Source: Nitrosopumilales archaeon | GTDB lineage: Archaea > Thermoproteota > Nitrososphaeria > Nitrososphaerales > Nitrososphaeraceae | NCBI GenBank assembly: GCA_044507735.1 | Contig: JBIQJB010000002.1 | Coordinates: forward strand, 32,001-96,000 | Direction: 5' to 3' | DNA: 64,000 nucleotides | Part shown: positions 33,105 through 42,678 of the stretch, piece by piece | Layout of the letters: each line of letters opens with the position of its first letter | Numbering within the stretch: position 1 is the first letter of the stretch | Translations under genes and position numbers: made by a program | The notes under the pieces: generated by a model | What the model saw: the letters and a program-made list of their open reading frames with translations, nothing else | Databases searched by the model: none | What the model was told of the DNA's origin: nothing

Positions 33105-33462
33105 GTTTTGTCTTGTCTTCCACCAGCTTGTATCTTGATAGCCACTTGTAGGCAAGGAATACGATAAACGCGATTATCAGGAAGTCGATTATTTCTGAAA
33201 TCAAGTGTCCGTACCTAAACTGCGACGGGTTGTCTGAAACTCCCGTTGCGTTCACATACAGTTGTTCGAGGTTCCCTGATGGCAGAAACAGTCCTACCAA
33301 CGGGTTGACAATGTCGTCTACCAAGGATGTGACCAGTGAAGACGATGCGGCTCCAATAATGAATGCGATCGCAAGTCCAATAACTCCAAACGTCTTTAAG
33401 AAGTCTACGAATTCTTGAATAATGTTCTTTCTGTCTACAGTAGGAGGAGGGCTCTCAGCCAT
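33097..33462 (-). CDS. mscL: Large-conductance mechanosensitive channel MscL family
   Basis: EFVDFL...VIGLAIAFIIG...LVTSLVDDIVNP...YGHLI..IIDFLIIAF. Confidence 0.9.
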   Translation of the reverse strand: MAESPPPTVDRKNIIQEFVDFLKTFGVIGLAIAFIIGAASSSLVTSLVDDIVNPLVGLFLPSGNLEQLYVNATGVSDNPSQFRYGHLISEIIDFLIIAFIVFLAYKWLSRYKLVEDKTKPK

Positions 33463-33573
33463 TACCTTGTCTCTGCAGCGCCCACTAATACAGGTTGTGT
33501 AGCTATGGCTGAGGGGTCTGATGGACGCAACGGGAACAGCAAAGACCTCTGCTGGGCTTCTGCTGCCCAGAAC

Positions 33574-33897
33574 CTATGCGGCCTCTGTCCCCCTCATCCT
33601 TCTGATCTCTTCCCTCAAGGACCTAAGCTCTGACCTTAACGCCTCCGATTCTTGCAATTCCGGAGACTTTTCATCCTTCACTCCTGCTTTGGCCGCAATC
33701 CTTCCGATGGCTATCGTGGCAATTACTGCTACGATGGTGACAACTACCGCGTAGATGATCATCGGCAATACGCCACTCTGCTCTCCAAAAGCTACTCTGA
33801 ATATTTCCTGAATGGCAGTATTCCAAGCAAGGGCTGCGACAAGACCAAATGCTGCGGTGATAAGGCCCGCCAGTGCCTTGACAATTTCTTGGTTCAA
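33574..33897 (-). CDS. DUF5654-like two-TM protein
   Basis: LITAAFGLVAALAWNTAIQ...YAVVVTIVAV; coiled C-terminal tail. Confidence 0.75.
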   Translation of the reverse strand: MNQEIVKALAGLITAAFGLVAALAWNTAIQEIFRVAFGEQSGVLPMIIYAVVVTIVAVIATIAIGRIAAKAGVKDEKSPELQESEALRSELRSLREEIRRMRGTEAA

Positions 33898-34005
33898 CGC
33901 ATTCTCCGGAGTAACTCGATAATTAAGGGTTGACTATAATGCTTATGAAAATTTGTACTGCTCTGTACTAGTGAGGAAATTTAGATTCATGACGATCTAA
34001 AAGGC

Positions 34006-34674
34006 CTAAACCGTCTCAAACGTGCCGTCATCTTTTGCCTTGTAGTATACGTCGGCTCGACGCGTAAACAGTCCCACTTCAAGTACTCCTGCTATGCTCT
34101 TTAATTCGATCTCGCTCTTCCTTGGATCTGGGATAGAAGGAAATGTCGTGTCCAGTATGATATTGCCGTTTTCCGTGACAAACGGGTATCCCTTGTCAAG
34201 GACGCGAAGCAATGGCCTGCCGCCTGCCTCTGACAGCTTTCTTATCACAGCTGATCGTGCCATCGGATGCACCTCTATAGGGACTGACCTCACAAGTGAC
34301 TGCACGAACTTGGTCGCATCTGCAACAATGACTACCTGCTTTGCAGACGAAATCAGAATCTTTTCACGCAACAGTGCTCCTCCTCCGCCCTTTATCATGT
34401 TGCCGTTGCTGTCTATCTGGTCTGCGCCGTCAAACACGATATCAATGTCTGGAATCCTGTTCTCGTCTGCGATTTTAAGCCCACTCTTTTCAGCTTCTAT
34501 CTTTATTTGAAGCGACGTAGGGACAAATTCTATCGATCCCTTGTTCGGCAGTTTTGACATCTCTCGAACTATGTGTGCCGCTGTGCTGCCGCTACCAAGT
34601 CCAATGACTTTCGCATTTCCAACACGCTTTACTGCATCTGCGGCCAGTTTCTGGATAGCGTCCTGCAACGACAA
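34006..34674 (-). CDS. rpiA: Ribose-5-phosphate isomerase A
   Basis: GLGSGST, DGADQ, KGGGGALLREK, TENGNIILD. Confidence 0.97.
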   Translation of the reverse strand: MSLQDAIQKLAADAVKRVGNAKVIGLGSGSTAAHIVREMSKLPNKGSIEFVPTSLQIKIEAEKSGLKIADENRIPDIDIVFDGADQIDSNGNMIKGGGGALLREKILISSAKQVVIVADATKFVQSLVRSVPIEVHPMARSAVIRKLSEAGGRPLLRVLDKGYPFVTENGNIILDTTFPSIPDPRKSEIELKSIAGVLEVGLFTRRADVYYKAKDDGTFETV

Positions 34675-34699
34675 TATGTGGACAAGAACGGTTGCTAGG

Positions 34700-34713
34700 T
34701 TTTATATATAAAA
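34700..34713. promoter_or_regulatory. Palindromic TATA box (rpiA promoter, possibly bidirectional)
   Basis: TTTTATATATAAAA, 26 nt upstream of the rpiA start. Confidence 0.65.
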
Positions 34714-34888
34714 TGATTGGTTCCGGCACGAAGAGAGAGCAGAACCGATCAGCAACCGCTTAGGTGCCGTCGGACTTTAATGATAATAGGCTCTTACGTC
34801 ATTTGACCTACGGCATGGATGAGCTCTTCGCCATCGTTGTGTCTTGATCTGCACAACTCTCGAAAAAGGAGAAACAACAGAAAAAATT

Positions 34889-35221
34889 TCAGGATCTGTG
34901 GACCTTTCTCAGGTCAAAGCGCGGCCCGTTTACATCTGGGTTCAGGTACCTGCTCGATAAGTATCTTGTGATATCGCTGGCGCCTGAAGCCTGCGATGCC
35001 TGGTGCCTGTATTTGCTCGTTAAGGAAAGGACATCTGACAGACCTGCCTGTTCGGACTGCCCCACAATGTCGCAGAACATGCTCGTTGGGTGGCATGTCG
35101 CCTGAATGCCTGTCCCCTTCTTAGTCCATTTTAGCATTCCAAGGTGGGAATCTATTGACTTCTCCCATGTCGGATCATTCTCGACAAGCCATCTCGGGAT
35201 CCTGTTGCTGTTGTTCTGCAT
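34889..35221 (-). CDS. Hypothetical protein
   Basis: 110-aa ATG ORF filling the gap, divergent from the next gene. Confidence 0.5.
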   Translation of the reverse strand: MQNNSNRIPRWLVENDPTWEKSIDSHLGMLKWTKKGTGIQATCHPTSMFCDIVGQSEQAGLSDVLSLTSKYRHQASQASGASDITRYLSSRYLNPDVNGPRFDLRKVHRS

Positions 35222-35293
35222 TACAGGAATAACGGGATTCTTTGTTAATTTATTGTTTGTGTTCTCCTATTCTCCCTCGGTCATTTTTCTAAT

Positions 35294-36013
35294 TTGGATA
35301 ATGTTATTAGAAAGAATCTTCTAGTAGATTTCCAATTGTCGTCGACATCCCCGTCAGACAATTCGCATCCGACAACTCCTCCACCAATCCTGACGAAGAA
35401 AGACAGGATTGCGGAGCTTGCAGATGAAATAGTATCACTCGATACCAAGAATGTCGGTGCCACTCTCGCGGAGGTGCTAAAGAGGGTAGCAGCATCTGAC
35501 AGGTCGCACGTTTACTGGACGTGCAAGAAATACCTGCAGGACGAATATGGACTCTTGATAGCAGATTCGGGGCACGTAGGGATTTCAGACAGATACATAC
35601 CTAACCTGATGTTCCCCGGCGATATCATTGTCTATGCGGTCGTCGACATGCTCAAGACCGGTGACTTTATCCAAGTGCTGCAGCTGACTGATGTTAAGGA
35701 TCTGTCTGTAGAACACGTCAAGGTAACCAAGGTCAGCATAATCGATGGCTCGGTGACCGTCGAAGATCCGCTTTCTGGCTTCACATACATTGTGTCAAAG
35801 CATAATGTCATTGGCAAGGCCGTAAAAGTAATAACGGCTTTTTCTCAGGAGTGGGAGCATGTCTTTTATGAGTTCAAGGACCGCAAGTGGTTGCTAAAGA
35901 CACTGAAAAAGAACCTTGACCTCTATAAGAGCGCTGGCTATTCCAAACAGCGTCAGATAGTTGGCGAGATAGAAAGAAGGATGTCCAAGTTAAAGGAGGA
36001 GCCAAGGTGGTAG
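35294..36013 (+). CDS. Hypothetical protein with possible S24/S26 peptidase-like beta domain
   Basis: GISDRYIPNLMFPGDIIVY...LKTGDFI...NVIGKAVKVI spacing resembles the signal peptidase/LexA fold. Confidence 0.65.
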   Translation: MDNVIRKNLLVDFQLSSTSPSDNSHPTTPPPILTKKDRIAELADEIVSLDTKNVGATLAEVLKRVAASDRSHVYWTCKKYLQDEYGLLIADSGHVGISDRYIPNLMFPGDIIVYAVVDMLKTGDFIQVLQLTDVKDLSVEHVKVTKVSIIDGSVTVEDPLSGFTYIVSKHNVIGKAVKVITAFSQEWEHVFYEFKDRKWLLKTLKKNLDLYKSAGYSKQRQIVGEIERRMSKLKEEPRW

Positions 36014-36053
36014 GATGATATATAATACGCATTATAGTAGCCTGCTAGCATAT

Positions 36054-36161
36054 ATGCCACGGAAACGCGACATTAGAAAGACTCATGCTTACAGCGCCCA
36101 GAGGTCGGGGAGCAAAAAATACGCCAAGGCTGAAAGGCGGAGGCGCCACAAGCCTAGGTAA
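36054..36161 (+). CDS. 35-aa highly basic small protein (not in ORF track)
   Basis: MPRKRDIRKTHAYSAQRSGSKKYAKAERRRRHKPR*; ATATATAA at 36018-36025; TTTTTCTT right after the stop. Confidence 0.7.
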   Translation: MPRKRDIRKTHAYSAQRSGSKKYAKAERRRRHKPR

Positions 36162-36290
36162 TTTTTCTTAGTAAGAATCGAGCTGAACAATATCGTACCT
36201 TTGAGCTGAGAGGGCCTTCCGTCTTTTAGGTAAAACTTTATATACTAGAATAAAACATAAATATAGGCTGTCAAAGACAGCGAGAAAATT

Positions 36291-37217
36291 TTGGTGAAAA
36301 AAGTGGTCAAAGATATTTCCATGTTTGGAGACCGTTGTCCCCGTTGCGGCAAGGGCTCTATGGTGACAGACAACTCTAGCGGCGAAATGTTTTGCGGTAA
36401 CTGTGGATTTGTGGTTAGCGAAAGGATAGAAGAGCTCGGACCGGAATGGCGCGCGTTCTCAAAGGAAGAGCACGAGGATAGAAGCAGGGCAGGAATTCCT
36501 ACATCCCTTGCGATGCATGACATGGGGCTTGCAACAATCATCGGCCCAGTCGACAAGGATGCTTCAGGTAAACCACTCTCTGCTTCAATGAAAAGCACCA
36601 TTGAAAGGCTGCGCACTTGGGACAGCAGAAGCCAGGTGCATGAGCCGGTCGACCGCAACTTCCGACAGGCTTTCTCCGAGCTTGATAGGCTCAAGGACAA
36701 GCTGGCGGTAGGGGACGCGGTAATTGAAAAGGCAGCCTATGTTTACAGAAAGGCGCTTGAGAAGGGCCTGGTGCGCGGACGATCTATATCTGCGCTTGTC
36801 GCGGCCGCGTTGTACGCAGCATGTCGTGACACTGAAACTCCAAGGACACTTAAGGACATCGCAAACGCAAGCAACATCAAGAAAAAGGATGTCGCAAGGT
36901 GCTACAGACTACTCATCCGGGAGCTCGACTTGAAGATGCCTGTCGTCGATCCTGTGAAATGTGTGGCAAGGATAGCGAGCAAGGCTGGTCTGTCAGAAAG
37001 AACAAAGCGAAAGGCTCTTGACATCTTGAAGAAGGCTGAAGAGGGCAAGATCTCTGCAGGCAAGGACCCTATGGGATTGGCAGCAGCTGCATTGTATGTA
37101 GCATGCGTCATGAATGGCGAGAATAAAACACAGAAGGATGTCGCCGAAGCTGCCGGTGTCACCGAGGTGACTATCCGGAACCGCTACAAGGGGCTCAAGA
37201 CGCACCTCAGGCTTTGA
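36291..37217 (+). CDS. tfb: Transcription initiation factor IIB
   Basis: CPRC...CGNCG zinc ribbon, GPEWRAF, RGRS, GKDPMGLAAAALY, GVTEVTIRNRY. Confidence 0.98.
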   Translation: MVKKVVKDISMFGDRCPRCGKGSMVTDNSSGEMFCGNCGFVVSERIEELGPEWRAFSKEEHEDRSRAGIPTSLAMHDMGLATIIGPVDKDASGKPLSASMKSTIERLRTWDSRSQVHEPVDRNFRQAFSELDRLKDKLAVGDAVIEKAAYVYRKALEKGLVRGRSISALVAAALYAACRDTETPRTLKDIANASNIKKKDVARCYRLLIRELDLKMPVVDPVKCVARIASKAGLSERTKRKALDILKKAEEGKISAGKDPMGLAAAALYVACVMNGENKTQKDVAEAAGVTEVTIRNRYKGLKTHLRL

Positions 37218-37656
37218 GGGCGCCTTCTACTAACTTTTTTCTCTCCTGTATTAGTTCCTTAAGCGTGTCAATTAGCTCACGCATCTTTTGTTCCTTCTCT
37301 GTGTCGACTATCATGCCAAGGCAGACGACAATGTCTGAATCGATCGAAAGCAATTGTTCAAGCTCTTTCTCCCGTACAATGCCATTTGGCGTCAGCACTC
37401 TTGTATATCCGTCCGACACGGTGTGAAAGAGAGTCTTTGTCAAGAGGTCGTCAAGCTCGGTGCTCAGCCTGATCGATTTTTTTATTTCGCTCACCTTTGC
37501 CTTGATGTTGTGGCTAATAAGTCTGTCAAGAGATCGCATTTCGACATAACTGGATCTGCCTGTGGCTATGCCCTTTTGCACAATAGACGCGATTCTCACC
37601 GTTTCATCAAGGCGGCTCTCCAGCCTACGCTGTCTCCTGAAATTTTTGTGCACCAC
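37207..37656 (-). CDS. Conserved-looking hypothetical protein
   Basis: 149-aa ORF in a housekeeping block, downstream of sui1. Confidence 0.7.
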   Translation of the reverse strand: MVHKNFRRQRRLESRLDETVRIASIVQKGIATGRSSYVEMRSLDRLISHNIKAKVSEIKKSIRLSTELDDLLTKTLFHTVSDGYTRVLTPNGIVREKELEQLLSIDSDIVVCLGMIVDTEKEQKMRELIDTLKELIQERKKLVEGALKA

Positions 37657-37731
37657 GCAAATTCTAGTCCGGCCGGCTTAAATGCCTTCGTGTGAAAATA
37701 TTAATCCAAGGAAAACTGTTCTGCAGAACCC

Positions 37732-38040
37732 TTACTGGACTTCGATCGCTTCCTCGTTGAATCCCATCTTGACAAGGTAGCCTTTGACATCGTCGCGATG
37801 GTCCCCCTGTAGCATTATAAAGCCATCCTTTGCAGTCCCGCCACAGGCAAAAGTACTTTTTAGCTCTTTGACGATCTTTTGCATGTCGCTTTGTTTTGGG
37901 TTGATGCCTTCGATAAGGGTTGTTGTCTTGGAAAATCTTCTTGTTTCAAGGCGGACGACGATTCGGGCTTCTTCTTTGTCTAGTTCCCCGCAGGCACAAA
38001 GGTCATCAGGGAGACCGCATTTTTTGCAGATAACCGCCAT
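37732..38040 (-). CDS. sui1: Translation initiation factor SUI1 (aIF-1)
   Basis: CKKCGLPDDLCAC, LKSTFACGGT, LQGDHR. Confidence 0.97.
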   Translation of the reverse strand: MAVICKKCGLPDDLCACGELDKEEARIVVRLETRRFSKTTTLIEGINPKQSDMQKIVKELKSTFACGGTAKDGFIMLQGDHRDDVKGYLVKMGFNEEAIEVQ

Positions 38041-38581
38041 CGAGTAACACAGGTTTCACAAATCCTATTATTAAGCCTTATTATCTCAGGTTCCGTCTAG
38101 TCTTCAGTCGATGGGGGCATATTGGACATCTTTCTACTCTGGTGTCCTATAGTTGGCTTTAGAGAACCGGTAATCCTCACAGTCGATACACCATCGACTT
38201 TTGAATCGCCAACGGAAGAATTGACAATGAAAAAATCCGAGCGCAAGCTCGTGTGCTTCTGCAGTGGGGATAGCCAGGCAGCTGCAGCAACAACATTGGG
38301 CATTTTGGGTACACTACCACGTATGCCATGTTGGCAGAAAGATAGCCGCAAATGATTCCTCTTCTCGTGCATGTCTTGAGCATAACAAGCAGGAGGGGAG
38401 CAGCGGCAGTTGCATTTGCAGTAGCGGGCATTTGGCTATGCCTCTAATGCTCCGGTGGGAGCATGTACGATCGATGGCATTGGAAACCTAGAACCTTTTG
38501 GGGCTGAGAGGATGTCAGTGAAAGTCCTACTGCGTGAGCACAAAGAAGAAATTGGCCGGCCACCTACAGTATATCTATACG

Positions 38582-38956
38582 ATGTCCTCACAGGATAGCG
38601 CGGGAAGGATCAAGTCGGCAGCATCGCTCCTTGTAAAGGGCGGTACTCTGACAAGTGAGGCGTGCCCTAAATGTGGAGGCGTACAAGTGCGTTTTGCCAA
38701 CAATACAACATGCATCAACTGTGGCAACGAAACAAAGGCGAGTGTTGCCCCTGCAGAGCAGGCGGAACCAGAGAAGGCACAATCCCAGACCGCCACGGCT
38801 CTCACCTCTTCTGTTTCCTCAATCATGAAGGAAAAGATTGAATCTCTTGCAGTAGAGATAAAAACCGAGAACGACCTTGCCATCCTAAAGCAAAAGGCAG
38901 AGCTCTTGGAGAGCTATCTTCGGATTCTGGAAAAGGCAAACAACCTGATGGGCTAA
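38582..38956 (+). CDS. Autoantigen p27 (Sjogren/scleroderma autoantigen 1) zinc-ribbon protein
   Basis: LLVKGGTLTSEACPKCG...CINC; ATG at 38582 preferred. Confidence 0.85.
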   Translation: MSSQDSAGRIKSAASLLVKGGTLTSEACPKCGGVQVRFANNTTCINCGNETKASVAPAEQAEPEKAQSQTATALTSSVSSIMKEKIESLAVEIKTENDLAILKQKAELLESYLRILEKANNLMG

Positions 38957-39003
38957 TCACCAGCGGAATGTATTTAAGCGCTTAAAGACTAACAGCACCT
39001 GCG

Positions 39004-39174
39004 ATGAGCAGTAAGAAAAAGAATGCTCCACTGCCGGCTTCAAGTGCCGGTCTTCTCAGGTTCTTTGAGGATGAGACGAAGGGGATAAAGATCAAACCTG
39101 AGATCGTGATGGGGATAACTGGCGGAGTTATAGGTGCTTCACTTCTAATCAGAATTCTATTCCCTGTCGGTTGA
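39004..39174 (+). CDS. secG: Preprotein translocase subunit Sec61beta/SecG (not in ORF track)
   Basis: MSSKKKNAPLPASSAGLLRFFEDETKGIKIKPEIVMGITGGVIGASLLIRILFPVG*. Confidence 0.95.
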   Translation: MSSKKKNAPLPASSAGLLRFFEDETKGIKIKPEIVMGITGGVIGASLLIRILFPVG

Positions 39175-39180
39175 GCGGCA

Positions 39181-40947
39181 ATGCTTGCCCCCGGTCGTCA
39201 CGACGACGATGTAACTAATATTCATAGACGTTGGTCTTTTACCACCATCGGGCCGTCGTCCGCCAAGATGTCATATGGAATCTGGCTTGGATGTGCCATT
39301 GGTATCATCGTTGTCGCTCATCTGTATTACTTCCCGGACGGAGTTCAAAGCCTACTGATTTATCTGCCATTAGGCATTTCCGTATTGGTAGGGTCGCACT
39401 TTCTTGACTATGTGGCACTGCACGGAACACCTGTGAACAAGCTGGCAAAGGTGGCTCATGTCTCCGCATTTGCCAATGGGCTTTGGCTTCTGACGGTTCT
39501 CTTGGGAATCGCAGCCGATATCGTCTTTGCCAAGCCTCCCGGGTTTGACTATATCATCGCAGGTATGCTTCTTGCCACCGGGCTCAGAATCGGCATATTC
39601 ACCTCTGTATTTGGGGCCGGATTCGGCAGAGCGATACCTGTTTCATTCATACAGCCTGTGCTCTTTGTTCTTGCATTTGTACCATTGTCGTACCACTCCC
39701 TGGACAACCTGAGCTCTCCTGGGACTGCTTTCGGCGTTGCCTTTCTTGCACTTGGGATTATGTGGGCCGTCATCGCAGACAGGGCAGGGAGGCCGGCGAT
39801 AAAAAGTACATTTGGTGTTCTACAGGCTTTCATTGCTGCATGGACCGAGCACAGAGCAGACAAGATGGAAGAGATTACCGAAGCAAAGGCTCATGATGAT
39901 ACCGTCTCCACAAAAATTATCCGCTTTGGCCGGCAGGCCGCGATTGTGTTGCCTGACATTCACCCCGGACCTTTCAACACGGTGGGCGGGAGCAACCTTC
40001 CATATGTGCTTCATCTAACCTTTGACAAGTCTGCGCTCGTAATGCACAGCGTTTCTGACCATTCACTTAACCTTCCATCAAGACGCGAAGTTGAACGATA
40101 CATCAAGGGCATCGAGCGTGCTACTACTGTAGAAAAGGGTGCCACCTGTACAGTTCCAGTTCAAATCAAGATCAACAATTCAACCACGACTGGGGTCGCA
40201 TTTGGAAACGTAGCACTGATCATGCTGTCGCTTGCCCCAAAAGGCATGGATGATATACCTCATGCCGTGAGAGCTGAACTAGAATCCTTTGGACTTTCCC
40301 ATGGATTTTCAGACGTGCTTGTGGTGGATTGCCATAATGCAATGGGCAAACACCTATCAGATTCGGACAGGGACGACCTTGTTACATCGGGAAAAAAATG
40401 CCTCGAGCAGCTTAGAAAGGAACCTCAACATGAGTTCAAGATAGGTTTTGCTGGCATGACTGACATTTCGCATACGCCCGAGCTGCAGGGCGAGCTAGGT
40501 CAGGCTGGACTTGCAGTTCTGGTAATCCAAATCCAAGGTAAGAACTATGCGATAGGCTGGGCCGACTCGAACAACATGGAGAACCGATTGCGCGATCACG
40601 TGGTCTCGAGCCTAGTTGAAAGCGACATTGGTGTCACCCTTCTGGAGCTCTGCTCATCCGACACACATTCTACTTCTGGGAAGAGGACTCGGGAAGGATA
40701 CTTTGCGCTTGGTACAATCAGTAGGGCAGATGGAATTGCTGCCGCATATCGCCAGCTATGTTCTCAAGCTGTCGTGCAGGTTTCGAAATCAACGTTCGAG
40801 CTTGATTCTGCGCAGACCCTGGTCAAGGTGATGGGCAAGCAGCAGTTCGAAGACTATTCGAGTGCACTTGACAGGTCTATGAATGTGACCAAGATATTCC
40901 TTGCTATTACTATTGCAGTGTATATTGCAATGCTCGTTTTGTCCTAA
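39181..40947 (+). CDS. DUF2070 family membrane protein
   Basis: N-terminal TMs; IHPGPF..VGGSNLP, HSVSDH, VDCHN, DSNNM, SSDTH. Confidence 0.88.
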   Translation: MLAPGRHDDDVTNIHRRWSFTTIGPSSAKMSYGIWLGCAIGIIVVAHLYYFPDGVQSLLIYLPLGISVLVGSHFLDYVALHGTPVNKLAKVAHVSAFANGLWLLTVLLGIAADIVFAKPPGFDYIIAGMLLATGLRIGIFTSVFGAGFGRAIPVSFIQPVLFVLAFVPLSYHSLDNLSSPGTAFGVAFLALGIMWAVIADRAGRPAIKSTFGVLQAFIAAWTEHRADKMEEITEAKAHDDTVSTKIIRFGRQAAIVLPDIHPGPFNTVGGSNLPYVLHLTFDKSALVMHSVSDHSLNLPSRREVERYIKGIERATTVEKGATCTVPVQIKINNSTTTGVAFGNVALIMLSLAPKGMDDIPHAVRAELESFGLSHGFSDVLVVDCHNAMGKHLSDSDRDDLVTSGKKCLEQLRKEPQHEFKIGFAGMTDISHTPELQGELGQAGLAVLVIQIQGKNYAIGWADSNNMENRLRDHVVSSLVESDIGVTLLELCSSDTHSTSGKRTREGYFALGTISRADGIAAAYRQLCSQAVVQVSKSTFELDSAQTLVKVMGKQQFEDYSSALDRSMNVTKIFLAITIAVYIAMLVLS

Positions 40948-41651
40948 AGCGTGATAGAATAGATCTCAGGCAGGAATCCTTCAACTTCCATCACAAAAGA
41001 CCTGAATTTGTGAACGGGTACCACTGGCACTCTGCCCTCTACAAACGCAACGGGCCCTGCGCGCAGAGTCATTATTACGGGTACCACTCTCGATATGGAC
41101 TTATCTGAACTGAGTAGACGCTTGCTCCTCTCTGCCTGCTTTCTGGCATAGGCGGCCACTGATGATGTACTGCCACTGCTCCTCTTCCAATGCTTGCAGT
41201 CGACCGCTATGGCAAAACCCGCAGAGACCCCCACTACATCGATCTCCATCCGCGGCCTTGTGAATCGCACATTGGTCTGCGTGCGATATCCGAGCGACGA
41301 AAGCACTTCTGCTGCAAGCCTCTCAAAGTCCTTCCAAGTTAAATGTTCTGAAACCCGCTCGATACTGCATCCTGATTGCACCGCTAGCATGGTTGCATAA
41401 ACTCTACTAGTCGCTTCAAACTTTATCACGTCAGCTCCTGCAACAACTGTGGCAAGGCCATTTGACTTTAAAAAATCAATAACGCTTCTTGCAACCGATC
41501 TGCTCGCAATCCCTGATGCAGATTGGAATTTCTCAATTGTGGTTTCGGGCTCCATAGCTGCAAGAGCCTTAACAATCAGCTCAGGATGCACTCTGCGTGA
41601 TATGGTTATTCCGCTGATATTTAAGTCCAGCAAGTAAAAATAAAGCCGCAT
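40944..41651 (-). CDS. Mrr-like restriction endonuclease (PD-(D/E)xK) domain protein
   Basis: WKDFERL...EIDVVG...VDCKHW; true start probably downstream of the track start. Confidence 0.8.
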   Translation of the reverse strand: MRLYFYLLDLNISGITISRRVHPELIVKALAAMEPETTIEKFQSASGIASRSVARSVIDFLKSNGLATVVAGADVIKFEATSRVYATMLAVQSGCSIERVSEHLTWKDFERLAAEVLSSLGYRTQTNVRFTRPRMEIDVVGVSAGFAIAVDCKHWKRSSGSTSSVAAYARKQAERSKRLLSSDKSISRVVPVIMTLRAGPVAFVEGRVPVVPVHKFRSFVMEVEGFLPEIYSITL

Positions 41652-41665
41652 ATCTTTTTCACGTC

Positions 41666-42019
41666 ATGCCCGACTGGACGGATTTTGCAGCACTCTTTTG
41701 CGCATCGCTGGTTGTGATTGGGGCGGCCGCGCTGGCAGATGCAGCTCAGAACTTTACAATAGTCCGTGGTAGGGTGATTGAAAAGGGCGTTGCTACACTT
41801 GACCTTGGAGAAGGGAGCTCGTATAATACGCCTACCGTATCGGTGCTTCTTGAAAATAACGACAGGGTCTTTAGGATAGTGCGAGGTATGGTGGTCACGT
41901 ATGCTGTGTCAGAGGACGACGCTCAGAGGGTGACAGTCGGTTCAAGCGTAGAGATCTTGGTGTCAACACACAACCATCTCGCAAGAGTCGTCAGCGTTCA
42001 AGACTCTGGCATCCGCTAG
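41666..42019 (+). CDS. Membrane-anchored hypothetical protein, possible OB-fold
   Basis: N-terminal TM; GRVIEK...VTVGSSVEI. Confidence 0.65.
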   Translation: MPDWTDFAALFCASLVVIGAAALADAAQNFTIVRGRVIEKGVATLDLGEGSSYNTPTVSVLLENNDRVFRIVRGMVVTYAVSEDDAQRVTVGSSVEILVSTHNHLARVVSVQDSGIR

Positions 42020-42678
42020 AGCTTGGAGATTCTAGATCTGATAAATTCAAGAGTCTTTGAAGAGCCCTGGACAGCCTCTTTGGCCAACTGTGTTGCATCC
42101 TCAGGCGTATCAATGTCTACCATCAGTTTTCTTGAAAAGTAGAGTTTTACGGGCACGCCCAACTTGTTTGCCGACCTGATGTGTGAATCATAACTGTCGT
42201 TGTCATACCAAGTTCTTATCGCAGAAGGAGGTTTTCTGAGTAACAAATTGGTGCCGTCGTACCGCAAAGAAGGGCAGATCACAATACAGCTTCTTTCGTC
42301 TTCTGCCATTTTGCAGACCATGTCGATGTCGTAAGGATCTAGTAGTGGGAGATCCTGTGGGATCACTATGGTCGCGTCTGCCCCTTGGTCAGTGCAGTAG
42401 TGGTCGGCCAATTCCACAGCAGAGTTGACGCCGTTTTCTCTGTCCTCGTGAAGGAACCTGGCCCCGCGTTTTGAGGCTATTTCTTCGGCCCGTCTGTCGC
42501 CTGACACAACGACTATGCTGTCCTGTTGCAGAGATTTTACTCCTCTTAGAGCAGACAAAGTGTCGTCTAACATCAATCCTGATAAACTTATGCGATCGTC
42601 TGCACTAAGCAGTGGCGAAAGGCGGGTCTTACCATGCTCAAATTTCTTCACCGGGACGATAGCAAATGTCTTCATCAT
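42016..42678 (-). CDS. cofC: 2-phospho-L-lactate guanylyltransferase
   Basis: AIVPVK...GKTRLS, DLPLL, DGTNLL, DIDTPED; overlaps the cofD stop. Confidence 0.95.
   Translation of the reverse strand: MMKTFAIVPVKKFEHGKTRLSPLLSADDRISLSGLMLDDTLSALRGVKSLQQDSIVVVSGDRRAEEIASKRGARFLHEDRENGVNSAVELADHYCTDQGADATIVIPQDLPLLDPYDIDMVCKMAEDERSCIVICPSLRYDGTNLLLRKPPSAIRTWYDNDSYDSHIRSANKLGVPVKLYFSRKLMVDIDTPEDATQLAKEAVQGSSKTLEFIRSRISKL

Noticed and set aside
36050-36240. Possible RNase P or SRP RNA
   Set aside because: Signature motifs are absent; better explained by the 35-aa basic ORF.
38097-38491. Several 75-91 aa ORFs between sui1 and the p27 gene
   Set aside because: Mutually overlapping with no motif; cannot choose a real one.
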